Positions 39,340 to 49,792 of a stretch of 64,000 nucleotides of DNA are shown here, piece by piece. The DNA comes from an uncultured bacterium. GTDB lineage: Bacteria; Babelota; Babeliae; Babelales; Vermiphilaceae. Each line of letters begins with the position of its first letter. Position 1 is the stretch's first letter. The stretch spans positions 768,001 to 832,000 of the forward strand of contig OY970172.1 of NCBI GenBank assembly GCA_963707655.1. The letters are read 5' to 3'. The translations under genes and the position numbers were made by a program. The notes below the pieces were generated by a model. That model had not been told where the DNA came from, searched no databases, and saw only the letters and a list, made by a program, of their open reading frames with translations.

Positions 39340-40557
39340 ATGGGAAAAATAATGATACAAAAACTAACTGCGCAACAGCAGCTTGACCTGCTAAAAATAG
39401 GCACCAGTCAAATCATCCCCGAAGATGAATTACTTAAAAAATTGCAATCGGGCAAACCGCTCCAGATTAAGCTTGGTATGGATCCCACAGCGCCGGATTT
39501 ACATTTGGGTCACGCGGTGGTCCTTTCAAAAATGAAACAATTTCAAGATCTTGGCCACACCGTTATTTTTTTAATTGGTGATTTTACCGCACGAATCGGC
39601 GATCCAACAGGGCGTTCAAAAACACGTCCGCCACTTACTGAAGAGCAAATTGCCGAACACACCAAAACCTATTTTGAACAAGTAGGAAAAATTCTTGATC
39701 CAAAAAAATTAATTATCCGCTACAACTCTGAGTGGCTCGATCAGCTCACCAGTCGCGAAATGTTGCAATTGTGTGGCAAAGTCACTTTGTCTCGCCTTAT
39801 TGAGCGTGAAGATTTTGCAAAACGCTTGGCCGAACATCAGACAATCGGTTTTCATGAATTATTTTATCCGCTGATGCAGGGCTATGATTCGGTTGCTTTG
39901 CGCGCTGATGTGGAGCTAGGTGGGACAGATCAAACGTTTAATCTGTTAATGGGCCGCTTTTTGCAAGAGCATTATGGCCAAACACCGCAGGCAATTTTAA
40001 CCACACCGCTGCTTGAAGGGCTCGACGGTGTGCAAAAAATGTCAAAATCTTTGGGTAATTCAGTTGGTTTAACTGACCCTGCCGATCAGGCATTTGGCAA
40101 ACTTATGTCTATCAGCGATCTTTTAATGTGGCGCTATGCACAGCTGTTGTTGCATGTTGATGCACAAACATTGAGTGGATGGGAAGAAGGAGTTGCATCC
40201 GGAAACATTCACCCCATGGAAATGAAAAAGAATATTGCACATGATATTGTTGCTCGCTTTTGGTCGTTGCCTGAGGCCGATCAAGCGCAAAAAACATTTG
40301 AAGCGTTGTTCCAAAAAAAAGATTATTCCCAAGCGCAAGATGTTGCATTGCCTGAAAATACTCCAAATCCGGTATGGATAGTCGACCTGCTGAAACTGCT
40401 TGGCGCCGTGACCGGTTCAGCAGAAGCCCGTCGCTTGCTTGAAGCGCATGCAATACATATTGATGGTGCAGTGATTACTGATCCAAAGGCACAAATAAGC
40501 TGGCAAAATGGCACGACCATTAAAGTTGGCAAACAGCGTTTTTATAAGTTGAAGTAA
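39340..40557 (+). CDS. tyrS: tyrosine--tRNA ligase
   Basis: [34 protein letters not shown]-terminal S4 domain. Confidence 0.98.
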   Translation: MGKIMIQKLTAQQQLDLLKIGTSQIIPEDELLKKLQSGKPLQIKLGMDPTAPDLHLGHAVVLSKMKQFQDLGHTVIFLIGDFTARIGDPTGRSKTRPPLTEEQIAEHTKTYFEQVGKILDPKKLIIRYNSEWLDQLTSREMLQLCGKVTLSRLIEREDFAKRLAEHQTIGFHELFYPLMQGYDSVALRADVELGGTDQTFNLLMGRFLQEHYGQTPQAILTTPLLEGLDGVQKMSKSLGNSVGLTDPADQAFGKLMSISDLLMWRYAQLLLHVDAQTLSGWEEGVASGNIHPMEMKKNIAHDIVARFWSLPEADQAQKTFEALFQKKDYSQAQDVALPENTPNPVWIVDLLKLLGAVTGSAEARRLLEAHAIHIDGAVITDPKAQISWQNGTTIKVGKQRFYKLK

Positions 40558-40570
40558 AGGATATTGCATT

Positions 40571-41770
40571 ATGAATTTTGTAAGAATGGTATTCATGCTC
40601 ATGTTGTCTGTGGGATCCATGAGTGGTATGGGTGATAAAGCAGGTAATAAAGATCCGCTATGGCCATTTCAAGCGATGGAAGATCTATGGCCATTTCGAA
40701 CAACGGAAGATGCATTGAGCGATAATGACTTTGATGCATTATGGCCATTTGAAAAACTGGGAACCAAGTATGATGATGTTTTTGCTCGCTTAGCTCCTGC
40801 ATTGCATGCATCGAATGATTATTTGGACGAATCTTGGCCAAACATCTTGCAAAATGCGCATGATTATTTAAGCGGCGCTTCTGCCAATGAACTATTTCCA
40901 GAAACTATAAAAGCTGCACTTGATTCTTGCAAAGGGGAAAAAAAACAAGCCCTTAAGATAATTAGCTATGTTTTTCGAGCAAATGCAGAAAAGCGCTGGA
41001 GTTCAGCACATCCTTTGCGTCTTTTAGACCCAGCACGATCGCGCGCTATTATTGCCTATCATGGTTTGGGGGACAACAGTCACTCTTTTCAAAACTACGT
41101 GCAAGAGCTTGATGGTCGTGCAATAACTTTTGTACCGGATTTTCTTGATCATACAAACAAACCTTTGCGCATTGGCACACAGCTTGAATTGCTCATGGCC
41201 GCGTATCAATATTTTATTGCTCAACAAAAACTAAAAGCGCTTGATCGAGGCGCAACAATAAGTCATTGTCTGGGTGTATCGCGCGGCGGAGGAGTAGTAG
41301 CCCGCTTAAGCAGCAAATTTAAGCAGGGGCACGAGCCCACCGCCGGCTTTGTGATGCTTGCACCTTTTATTAACCCTCCGGCAACCATTAGCCACATTGC
41401 ACGAGAGACATCCATTGCATCTACCGGATGGGGGATACTACTACCTCAATGGTCAACGTCTTCATTTATAGGCTCGGCGAACGCAAGTTGCTCGTCGCTC
41501 GTTGAAATTGATATCAAGCAACCGGCAGCAGTAAAATTGAACCAAGCATTATTAATTCTGCATGGCTCAAAAGATAGGACCATCCCTTATAAAGAATCTA
41601 AAAAATGGGCTCAAAAACACGCGAAGTTGGGGAATGCCATATATTATAAAACGCTTCCCGGGCTTGGTCACAACGATATTTTTGCAGATCAAGAATGTGT
41701 GAATTACACCAGAGATTTTTTGAATAATAGTTTTGAGCGCCTTAAAGAATTACAACTTCCTCAACAATAA
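40571..41770 (+). CDS. secreted alpha/beta hydrolase
   Basis: YHGLG, GVSRGG nucleophile elbow, LHGSKD, GHND. Confidence 0.8.
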   Translation: MNFVRMVFMLMLSVGSMSGMGDKAGNKDPLWPFQAMEDLWPFRTTEDALSDNDFDALWPFEKLGTKYDDVFARLAPALHASNDYLDESWPNILQNAHDYLSGASANELFPETIKAALDSCKGEKKQALKIISYVFRANAEKRWSSAHPLRLLDPARSRAIIAYHGLGDNSHSFQNYVQELDGRAITFVPDFLDHTNKPLRIGTQLELLMAAYQYFIAQQKLKALDRGATISHCLGVSRGGGVVARLSSKFKQGHEPTAGFVMLAPFINPPATISHIARETSIASTGWGILLPQWSTSSFIGSANASCSSLVEIDIKQPAAVKLNQALLILHGSKDRTIPYKESKKWAQKHAKLGNAIYYKTLPGLGHNDIFADQECVNYTRDFLNNSFERLKELQLPQQ

Positions 41771-41800
41771 CCGTATGTAATTGATTTCACAGGAATCATT

Positions 41801-42721
41801 ATGAAATGTTTATCTTATTCGACTCTTTTTATTTTCTTTTGTTGGTCGATTGCTCTTGCAAATGCGCCAATTACGTATGTTTATTCTCACGGCCTGGGCT
41901 CCATGGGAGAACATGCCGTTTACTATGTAAAAGACCATTGCTTGGATAAGGTAAAAACATTGATAGAATCTACCGGCGAGATTACAGAAATGCCGCTTCA
42001 TGCTAAGGATGACGGTTCATTTTATCTTTTGTATCAGCCTGTTCATTTTTTTAATTATCCCAGCTCAGATGAAATTCATGCGATACAAAATGAATCTCAT
42101 ACCGTGATTAAAAAAGGACTCCCTTATCCGGAAAAAGTATCGATAGCACAACATATTGAAATTGAAACATTAAAAAATGAAATAGAAAAAATTACCGGTG
42201 ACTGCATATTATTTGGCCGGTCAATGGGCGCAGCAACTATTATTACCTATATGGCTCAGTATAAGCCAAAGAATGTTAAGGCTATTGTGCTCGAAGCCCC
42301 TTTTGACACGGTTGAACGAGTTATTCATCATAAAATCGGCTTTTGGGATAAGCTTGGCCTAGGAACGCTGTATTTAAAATATATGCACCCCGCTTATGAC
42401 GCTGCCGGAATAAAGCCGGCAACCGTAGCGCACCTTATTGATTCGCACATTCCCATTCTTTTTGTTCATTCAAAGAAAGATGCCTTTGTTCCTGTAGAAT
42501 GCTCACGCGCTTTGTATCAATCAATGAAGGCGAGTGGCAATACTCAAGTGCATCTTTTTGAATTGCAAGAAGCGAAACACAACAATGCCGGCATCAGTGC
42601 CGATGCAGATGATTACCAAAAAGTAGTGCATGCTTTTTACCGGCATTATGGCTTGCCGTATGATGAAAAGCTGGCTCTGGCAGGGGCACCCTTATTGGCA
42701 AACACTCAGCCAGTTTTGTAA
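41801..42721 (+). CDS. secreted alpha/beta hydrolase
   Basis: SHGLG, GRSMGA, LEAPF, VHSKKD, KHN. Confidence 0.85.
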   Translation: MKCLSYSTLFIFFCWSIALANAPITYVYSHGLGSMGEHAVYYVKDHCLDKVKTLIESTGEITEMPLHAKDDGSFYLLYQPVHFFNYPSSDEIHAIQNESHTVIKKGLPYPEKVSIAQHIEIETLKNEIEKITGDCILFGRSMGAATIITYMAQYKPKNVKAIVLEAPFDTVERVIHHKIGFWDKLGLGTLYLKYMHPAYDAAGIKPATVAHLIDSHIPILFVHSKKDAFVPVECSRALYQSMKASGNTQVHLFELQEAKHNNAGISADADDYQKVVHAFYRHYGLPYDEKLALAGAPLLANTQPVL

Positions 42722-42794
42722 GCCTGCGCCGAGGTGCGCATAGAATTTAACACATCGAAACAAGCATTATTAATTGTTTATGGCGTTGTATTTG

Positions 42795-43973
42795 CTATTC
42801 TTCACGGCTTTTTTTAAATAATGGCCGAATTGTTTGATAGATGAGTGGATGATCCCGCTTTATGCTACGCACTATTTCTTTTGATTGCGCATCACGAATT
42901 TTTGGAATTTTTGTATTTTTACTCAATAGCCCGCGCTCGCCCACGCACGTAGCTAAAGAATGAAGAAAGTTTGCCTGCGCCATAGTTATTGTTTGTTTCA
43001 AGCGATCAAGAGCACTTAATTTCTCTGGGCGTATACCCCAAATTTTGACGGTCTTGTCATGTGAAGTAGAGGCAAGCAGAGTGCTATCATAATTGAATAT
43101 GGCTGAATTTACCCCGTGCGTATGTCCTTTCAGTGTGCGTAGCTCTTCTCTGGTAGTGGTATTACAGATCTTAATTGTGCCGTCGGCTAAAGCAAAAACA
43201 AGCAGGGTGCTATCGTGACTGAATGTAGCTGATTGTACCCTGCTTCTATATCCTTCAAGCCTGCGTATCTCTCGTCCGCTAGCGATATCCCAGAGCTTGA
43301 TTATACCGTCGCCTGAGACAGAGGCCAGCAGAGTGCTATCGTGATTGAAGCTGATTGAAATTACCTCTCCTATATGTTGCTCCAGCGCGAGCAACTCTTG
43401 CCCGCTAGCGATATCCCAGAGCCCGATTGCGCCGTCGGTTGAAACAGAGGCCAGCAGAGTGACATCGTGATTGACTGAATGTACCCAGCTGATATGTCCT
43501 CTATGTCCTGTTGCCAAAGCGCGTAACTCTTGGCCGCTAGCGGGATCCCAGATCTTGGTACCGTCGGCTGAAGCGGTAATCAGTGTGCCATCACAATTGA
43601 ATGTGACTGAAGTCGCCCTCCCGGTATGTCCTACCAGAGTGTGTAACTCTTGCCATGTAGCGATATCCCAGAGCTTGATTGTGCCATCGTCTGAAGCAGA
43701 GGCCAGCAGAGTGCCTTCATGATTGAATGTGGCTGACCTTACCGAGTCTCTATGCCCTGTCAGCGTCTGCAGGCATTCCATGCTCTGAGCATGCAAAAAT
43801 GGCCATGGCGCGATGTACGATGCAATGAGCGATCTCGTCTCCGGATAAGGTATTTCTCTTGTCCGAGAAATGGCTTCTTGAGCCGCTGTGAGCTTCTCTA
43901 AATGAGCATTATCCTCTGCCGCACGAATGCAAACAGAGGCAATAAGAGATAAAAGCATGTATTGTTTTTTCAT
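42795..43973 (-). CDS. secreted WD40 repeat protein (about 6 repeats)
   Basis: GH..V.SA.FN.D.TLLAS.S.DG.IKLWD units; signal peptide. Confidence 0.9.
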   Translation of the reverse strand: MKKQYMLLSLIASVCIRAAEDNAHLEKLTAAQEAISRTREIPYPETRSLIASYIAPWPFLHAQSMECLQTLTGHRDSVRSATFNHEGTLLASASDDGTIKLWDIATWQELHTLVGHTGRATSVTFNCDGTLITASADGTKIWDPASGQELRALATGHRGHISWVHSVNHDVTLLASVSTDGAIGLWDIASGQELLALEQHIGEVISISFNHDSTLLASVSGDGIIKLWDIASGREIRRLEGYRSRVQSATFSHDSTLLVFALADGTIKICNTTTREELRTLKGHTHGVNSAIFNYDSTLLASTSHDKTVKIWGIRPEKLSALDRLKQTITMAQANFLHSLATCVGERGLLSKNTKIPKIRDAQSKEIVRSIKRDHPLIYQTIRPLFKKSREE

Positions 43974-45292
43974 TTGTCTCTTTCTTGATTATCACGAACT
44001 ATTTTAAATAATGGCCGAATTGTTCGATAGATGAGTGGATGATCCTGCTTTATGCTACGCACTATTTCTTTTGATTGCGCATCACGAATTTTTGGAATTT
44101 TTGTATTCTTGCTCAATAACTCCCGTTTACCTACGCACGTAGCTAAAGAATGGAGCAAGTTTGCCTGAGACATAGTTATTGTTTGCTTCAAGCGATCAAG
44201 AGCACTTAATTTCTCTGGGCGTATACCCCAAATTTGGACGGCGTTGTCATGTACAGCAGATGCAAGCAAAGTGCCATCATGATTGAACGTGGCTGACAAT
44301 GCCCAGCCTCTATCTCCTGCCAATGCGCGTAACTCCCGCCATGTAGCGGTATCCCAGAGCTTGATCGTACCATCGCATGAAGCAGAGGCGAGCAGAGTGC
44401 TATCATGATTGAATGTAGCTGACATTACCCAGTCTGTATGCCCTGCCAGTGTGCGCAACTCTTGCCATGTAGTGGTATCCCAGAGCTTGATCATACCGTT
44501 ACGTGAAGCAGAGGCAAGCAGAGTGCTATCGTGATTGAATGTGGCCGATTCTACCAAGTCTTTATGTCCTGCCAGTGTGCGCACTTCTTGCCATGTAGCG
44601 GTATCCCAGATCCTGATCGTACCGTCGTATGAAGCAGAAGCAAGCAGAGTGCTATCGTAATTGAACGTAGCTGATCTTACTTTGAAACCCGCATGTCCCA
44701 TCAATGCGAGCGACATTTGGCCGGTAGCAAGATCCCAAATCTTGACGGTACCGTCGTCTGAAGCAGAAGCAAGCAGAGTGCTATCGTAATTGAATTCGGC
44801 TGACGTTACCCCGCCTTCATGTCCTACCAGTGTGCGTAATTCTTGCCCACTAGCGAGATCCCAGAGCTTGACCGTGTGGTCGCGTGAAGCAGAGGCAAGT
44901 AGAGTGCTGTCATTATTGAATGTGGCTGATTTTACCCAGAATGCATGCCCTGCCAGTGTGCGCAACTCTTGCCCAGTGGCGAGATCCCAGAGCTTGATTG
45001 TATCGTCGTCTGAAGCAGAGGCAAGCAGAGTGCTATCATGATTGAATGTGGCTGATCTCACAGAGTCTTCGTGTCCTTTCAGAGTGATCAGACATTCCAT
45101 GCTCTGAGCGCGCAAAAATGGCCATGGCGCGATATATGATGCGATGAGCGAACGCTCTTCAGAATTTAGTATTTCTCTTGTTCGAGAAAGGGCTTCTTGA
45201 GCAACTCGTTGATCTATTAAAAGAGCGTTATCTTCTGCTGCACGAACAGAAGCAACGGCGATAAACATAATAACAGATATAATTTTTTTCAT
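43970..45292 (-). CDS. secreted WD40 repeat protein (7 repeats)
   Basis: Highly regular SATFNHDSTLLASAS repeats; start taken at MKKIISV (45292). Confidence 0.92.
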   Translation of the reverse strand: MKKIISVIMFIAVASVRAAEDNALLIDQRVAQEALSRTREILNSEERSLIASYIAPWPFLRAQSMECLITLKGHEDSVRSATFNHDSTLLASASDDDTIKLWDLATGQELRTLAGHAFWVKSATFNNDSTLLASASRDHTVKLWDLASGQELRTLVGHEGGVTSAEFNYDSTLLASASDDGTVKIWDLATGQMSLALMGHAGFKVRSATFNYDSTLLASASYDGTIRIWDTATWQEVRTLAGHKDLVESATFNHDSTLLASASRNGMIKLWDTTTWQELRTLAGHTDWVMSATFNHDSTLLASASCDGTIKLWDTATWRELRALAGDRGWALSATFNHDGTLLASAVHDNAVQIWGIRPEKLSALDRLKQTITMSQANLLHSLATCVGKRELLSKNTKIPKIRDAQSKEIVRSIKQDHPLIYRTIRPLFKIVRDNQERDK

Positions 45293-45321
45293 TGTATCTC
45301 TTGGCTGAACGTGAATTCTAA

Positions 45322-46521
45322 TCACACTACTATGCGTGGAATTGAAACATTAATTTGTGTGGTAATTTGGCGCGCATTAAAACAGCCGGTTTGGCCCGCC
45401 AGATCTGCGGCACTGATTTGTGGACAATCTCCTAACAAAGTAACCGTCTCGTCACACTGCACATGGGGAATATGAGAAATATCAATCATGGTTGCATTCA
45501 TGGCAATAGTACCAATAATAGGAGCATTTTGATCTTTAACGCGCACCACCCCTTTGTTGCTAAGTCGTTTATCATACCCGTCATAATACCCAACGGGAAG
45601 CACGGCGACTCTTGTTTCTTTATTTGCCAGATACGTGCGGTTATAACCAACAAAACTGCCTGCCGCGATTGTTTTGATGTGAACTATTTTAGTTTTCCAG
45701 CTCAGAGCGGGGAGAAGATGCAGAGGAGATGCCGCGTCAACCAGCGCGCGATTCTGTTCTGATGGCCAGATGCCGTACGTGCCGGCTCCTAAACGAAATA
45801 CATTTACCCTATCATTGGCAACGGAGCTTATGCCGGCGGTATTTGAATGATGCCGAAAAGGAACAGTGATTCCTGCTTGTTCAAGGTCGACAAGGAGCTC
45901 GTTAAATATGTTGCTTTGTTTATGGGTAAAGGCAAGATCGCTATTGTTTGATTCGGCAAAATGGGTATATATACCGGTAATGCTGATCATCGGCAAATTT
46001 TTAACAAACTGTATGAGCGGAATAATTTCGTGCGGCGTAAAGCCAAAGCGCGAAAGGCCGGTATCAACCTTAATATGGATGGGGATTTTCTTTTGAAGTT
46101 CATGACCAATTCTTTGTAACTGCTCTAGGACATCGTAATCAGTCACCATTATATCGCAATCATAAAATGCGGCTGCCAGCAAATTTTCACGCGTGGGTGA
46201 TATGAGTAAAATGCGTTTAGTAATGCCCGCTTCGCGCAATTCAACCGCTTCGGACACGTGAGATACCATGAGCCAGTCAACCGCAGAATTTTTTTCGCAG
46301 AGTTGTGCAATGGGCACCATGCCATGACCATACGCATTGCTTTTTATAACAATGCCAAGTGAATTGTCTGTGCCAATAATTTTTTTAAAAGCAGCAATAT
46401 TATAATTAATGGCACGAGCGCTTATTTCAACCCAAGTTGAGGGCGCTATGTTTGTTAGCGCAGAGAAGGGAAAGGGTACTGTTTTTTCTCTACCTTTGTT
46501 TATGTCCGATGAAGAATTCAT
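45322..46521 (-). CDS. alr: alanine racemase
   Basis: VIKSNAYGHG (PLP Lys), HIKVDTG..R.G, YTHFA, VGYNRTY, GYYDG; start uncertain. Confidence 0.95.
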   Translation of the reverse strand: MNSSSDINKGREKTVPFPFSALTNIAPSTWVEISARAINYNIAAFKKIIGTDNSLGIVIKSNAYGHGMVPIAQLCEKNSAVDWLMVSHVSEAVELREAGITKRILLISPTRENLLAAAFYDCDIMVTDYDVLEQLQRIGHELQKKIPIHIKVDTGLSRFGFTPHEIIPLIQFVKNLPMISITGIYTHFAESNNSDLAFTHKQSNIFNELLVDLEQAGITVPFRHHSNTAGISSVANDRVNVFRLGAGTYGIWPSEQNRALVDAASPLHLLPALSWKTKIVHIKTIAAGSFVGYNRTYLANKETRVAVLPVGYYDGYDKRLSNKGVVRVKDQNAPIIGTIAMNATMIDISHIPHVQCDETVTLLGDCPQISAADLAGQTGCFNARQITTQINVSIPRIVV

Positions 46522-46630
46522 AGATGCCTCGAGCCCCACGTAAAGTTAAATATTGCGCTTATTATATCATTATTTGAGTGAAAAATGAAAAATATAACAA
46601 AATTTGATACACTTTTGTGAAGCACTCAAT

Positions 46631-46760
46631 GGGTTGAAACCCGTTGTACAGTGCGTGGTTCTTCGAAGCCGACCCTACTACGCTAAAGCTTCGAAGGGTT
46701 CATTCTACTTTCCATTCATTCTCAAGTTAAATTTGAGGTGTTCTGGCGAAGTAGAATGAA
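46631..46760. repeat. palindromic REP/MITE-like element
   Basis: Consecutive inverted repeats cttcgaagc/gcttcgaag and ttcattctactt/aagtagaatgaa. Confidence 0.55.
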
Positions 46761-46786
46761 GGAACTTTTAATCGAAATAGGTACTT

Positions 46787-47530
46787 ATGCAAACAAAAAA
46801 AACGGTCAAACAAGATGGCGAACTTGTCTATGGCATCAATCCTGTTATAGAGCTACTCAAAGCAAAAAAACGTCCTTTGATCACTTTGTATACAACCAAG
46901 CCGACTCCCAAGGCGTGGGACCGTATAGAAAAATTGTTAGAAGGCAAGCGCGTAAACATTCAATATGTTATGCGTGATGCATTAACTAAAATAGCCGGCA
47001 CTACCGACCATCAAGGCGTGATTGCCTGGGCAAAACCGTTTGTATATCGTAAAAAATTCTTTGAGCCGACAAAGCAAAAACATTTGGTGCTTCTTGATGG
47101 CATTCAAGATCCGCGTAATCTTGGCGCCATTTTGCGCTCTTCTTACTGCACCAACTTTGATGGGGTTATTATTCTACAAAAGGGGGCAGCCCCTTTAAAC
47201 GCTGCAGCGCTCAAAGCATCGGCAGGATTGGCAGAACATTTAGATATTTATCTTACTGCTTCGCCGGCAACTGCTTTGCAAGAGCTCAAGACCGCCGGTT
47301 ATCATCTGTATGTCGCCGCATTCAAAGGTGAAAATGCACACAAAATTGCCTATACCGATCCTTTGTGCATAGCTATTGGCAGCGAAGGAGCAGGAATTTC
47401 AGCACAGCTGCTAAAAGCAGGAACTCAAATTACTTTGCCACAAAAGCAGGGGCATGATATTTCTTATAATGCTTCAGTGGCTGCGGGTATATTGCTTTTC
47501 CTTGTAGGAACACAAAAAAACCTTATCTGA
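46787..47530 (+). CDS. rlmB: TrmH/RlmB family RNA 2'-O-methyltransferase
   Basis: YGINPV.E, HQGV, LDGIQDPRNLGAILRS, GSEG.G, SYNASVAAGI. Confidence 0.88.
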   Translation: MQTKKTVKQDGELVYGINPVIELLKAKKRPLITLYTTKPTPKAWDRIEKLLEGKRVNIQYVMRDALTKIAGTTDHQGVIAWAKPFVYRKKFFEPTKQKHLVLLDGIQDPRNLGAILRSSYCTNFDGVIILQKGAAPLNAAALKASAGLAEHLDIYLTASPATALQELKTAGYHLYVAAFKGENAHKIAYTDPLCIAIGSEGAGISAQLLKAGTQITLPQKQGHDISYNASVAAGILLFLVGTQKNLI

Positions 47531-47569
47531 CGATTGAAAGTGCGCCAACGGCAATGAAAGGAAAAATGT

Positions 47570-48052
47570 ATGCGAAACTTAATAGTTTTATTGTATGTTA
47601 GTTCAATTGTTTCTATGGATCTGCCCATAATGCCACAGGCTGAACGCTATGAATGGATTGGTAATAGTTACCCTAGTGCTCATGAAACAAAAATAGAGTA
47701 TGGGTTATATAAAAAGACAGGCCCTAAGCAAACTGTAGCGCTTGTTGGTCATCTCAAACTGTCTTTTCCCTTTGAAAGACCGCGTGAAGCATTGATTGAA
47801 CGCTTAATAACATATCCTGCTTTCTCCGAGCGCCACACACAGTATCTATTAAGATTTGCTTGCTGGTTGGCCTCCGAAAAGGGGTGCGAATCTGCAGGTT
47901 TATACGCGGATGGCGATATTCCGCAAGAAAAAGAAGACATTTTTTTAGAAGAAGGCTTTAACAAGCAAGTGCCATGGGTAAAAAATAATATCTTAGTCTG
48001 TTCCATCTCTGGTATCCTCTGTTTTTTTTATGAAAAACATCTGTTAAAATAG
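47570..48052 (+). CDS. secreted GNAT-like protein (degenerate)
   Basis: Signal-like N-terminus; VGHLKL, IERL...P.F....T..LL, FLEEGF in GNAT order. Confidence 0.45.
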   Translation: MRNLIVLLYVSSIVSMDLPIMPQAERYEWIGNSYPSAHETKIEYGLYKKTGPKQTVALVGHLKLSFPFERPREALIERLITYPAFSERHTQYLLRFACWLASEKGCESAGLYADGDIPQEKEDIFLEEGFNKQVPWVKNNILVCSISGILCFFYEKHLLK

Positions 48053-48075
48053 CAGCTCTTATTATACAGGAGTTT

Positions 48076-49677
48076 TTGATGAAAATTTTTGCAATTATTT
48101 GGTCAATCATTGTTACCGTTATTGCAACCGCTATTATGAGCTATATCTGCATGGCAACCCCCATAGGGCCATGGGTAGAAACAACCATTCTTTTATTAAG
48201 CATTATGATAGTTCGTTTATGTCATACCCGCGCATCTAATCGCGTTGCAGTGCTCGGATTAACCACTGCTGCTGCCGGCATGGGAGGCATCATTGCTACC
48301 GCATGCGCCTTTTCTTTTCCTACGCTATTTTTTTTACAGCCAGCTCTTTTTAATTCCTGGCTAGCTAACCCCTGGTACTTTTGCGCAATAATGGCAGCGC
48401 TGGTTATTGCCGCAAGTGGTTTGGGATTATTGGTTGCGCAGAGTGTTGAGCTGTCTTTTCTCTCTAATGAAGCTATGCCTTTTTCAATTGGGCAATTAAC
48501 GCACAAAATGATTGTTGCACAAAACCAGGTTAAAAAATCATACGAGCTTTTTTACGGGCTGGGAGTTAGTTCTGCGTTGGTTGCTTTTCAATCGCTCTTG
48601 AAAGGGATAATTCCTCAATCGCTTTGTCTTGTGCCGCGCTTTTCTATCGGTTGCGTTTCGGTAGCGCAAATTGCTTTTAAACTTGATCTGTTGCCTATAT
48701 TTTTGGCCATAGGATTTATTACCGGCAAACTGTTGACCATTCCTTTGTTAGTCGGTGTTTTTTCAAAGTTTTTAATTCTTGAACCGTTACACAAATTAGC
48801 ATTTGCATCACTCACTGCAGAGAATTTTTATCTTGCTTTTTTCTCCGGCATGGTCATTCAAGGTGCCTTAATGAGCTTTGCTGATTTTCCCGCCCTTTGT
48901 AAGCGCGCTTATAAAAGCCTGGGTAAAAAAAGCGGCACGTTTACGCTTCATAAAGACATTATGCGACACATACCCTGGCACGCGCCTATACTTACTGCAT
49001 GCCTACTGATTCCCTTCTTCGTATATTTTCATTTTTCTTTATTGGCACAATGTTATCTGGTGATTGGTTCTATTATATGCACGTATCAGCTTATTATCAT
49101 TGCCGGTAAAATTGGTCTGGCGCCACTTGGCCGCTTTGCCACCTTTGTTATGGTGCCGGGACTGCTTTTGTTTGGTTTTAATGGGGTTCAAGCCACCATA
49201 GTTGCAGCATTTGTTGAAATTTCTGGCGGGGTTGCGGTTGACGCATTATTTGGACGCAAAATGGGGCAATTGGCAAACATCGATAGGCGCACTATTATCT
49301 GGTACCAAATACTTGGGGTGCTGGTGTGCGCGGCGAGCATAGGAATTATTTTCTGGTTTTTAATAACTCACTTTGGTCTACAAACTCCTGAACTTTTTGC
49401 TCAACGGGCGCAATCGCGGGCAATCCTCATTAATGCCTATTCTTTTGATTATTCTGTTATGGTAATAGGCGCTTTATTTGGTTTTGTTCTGAAATACTTT
49501 AAAGTTAATCCGGTGCTGGTGCTTGGCGGCTTGGCCATGTCTGTTGATGTTTCTCTCATGCTGGTGCTTGGCGGCTTTATTGCTACTTGTGTAAAAGATC
49601 CAGAAGAATACTATTCATTCTGGTCAGGCGTTTTTGCAGCCTCTTCTTTATGGATGGTGATGCGAACTCTTTTTTAA
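48076..49677 (+). CDS. OPT-family oligopeptide transporter-like membrane protein
   Basis: Many TMs; FSFPTL.F, MPF.IG, GKIGLAPLGRF, .APQA-like FAQRA. Confidence 0.65.
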   Translation: MMKIFAIIWSIIVTVIATAIMSYICMATPIGPWVETTILLLSIMIVRLCHTRASNRVAVLGLTTAAAGMGGIIATACAFSFPTLFFLQPALFNSWLANPWYFCAIMAALVIAASGLGLLVAQSVELSFLSNEAMPFSIGQLTHKMIVAQNQVKKSYELFYGLGVSSALVAFQSLLKGIIPQSLCLVPRFSIGCVSVAQIAFKLDLLPIFLAIGFITGKLLTIPLLVGVFSKFLILEPLHKLAFASLTAENFYLAFFSGMVIQGALMSFADFPALCKRAYKSLGKKSGTFTLHKDIMRHIPWHAPILTACLLIPFFVYFHFSLLAQCYLVIGSIICTYQLIIIAGKIGLAPLGRFATFVMVPGLLLFGFNGVQATIVAAFVEISGGVAVDALFGRKMGQLANIDRRTIIWYQILGVLVCAASIGIIFWFLITHFGLQTPELFAQRAQSRAILINAYSFDYSVMVIGALFGFVLKYFKVNPVLVLGGLAMSVDVSLMLVLGGFIATCVKDPEEYYSFWSGVFAASSLWMVMRTLF

Positions 49678-49792
49678 TAACTGCTCTTCTTCCCTGATTT
49701 TATTTCAATTATTGACTCTGGTAGTAAAAAAAAGATAAAAAGAAATAAGGATTATAGCTGCTTGATCTGTTATATCCAATAAGGGGTGAATA

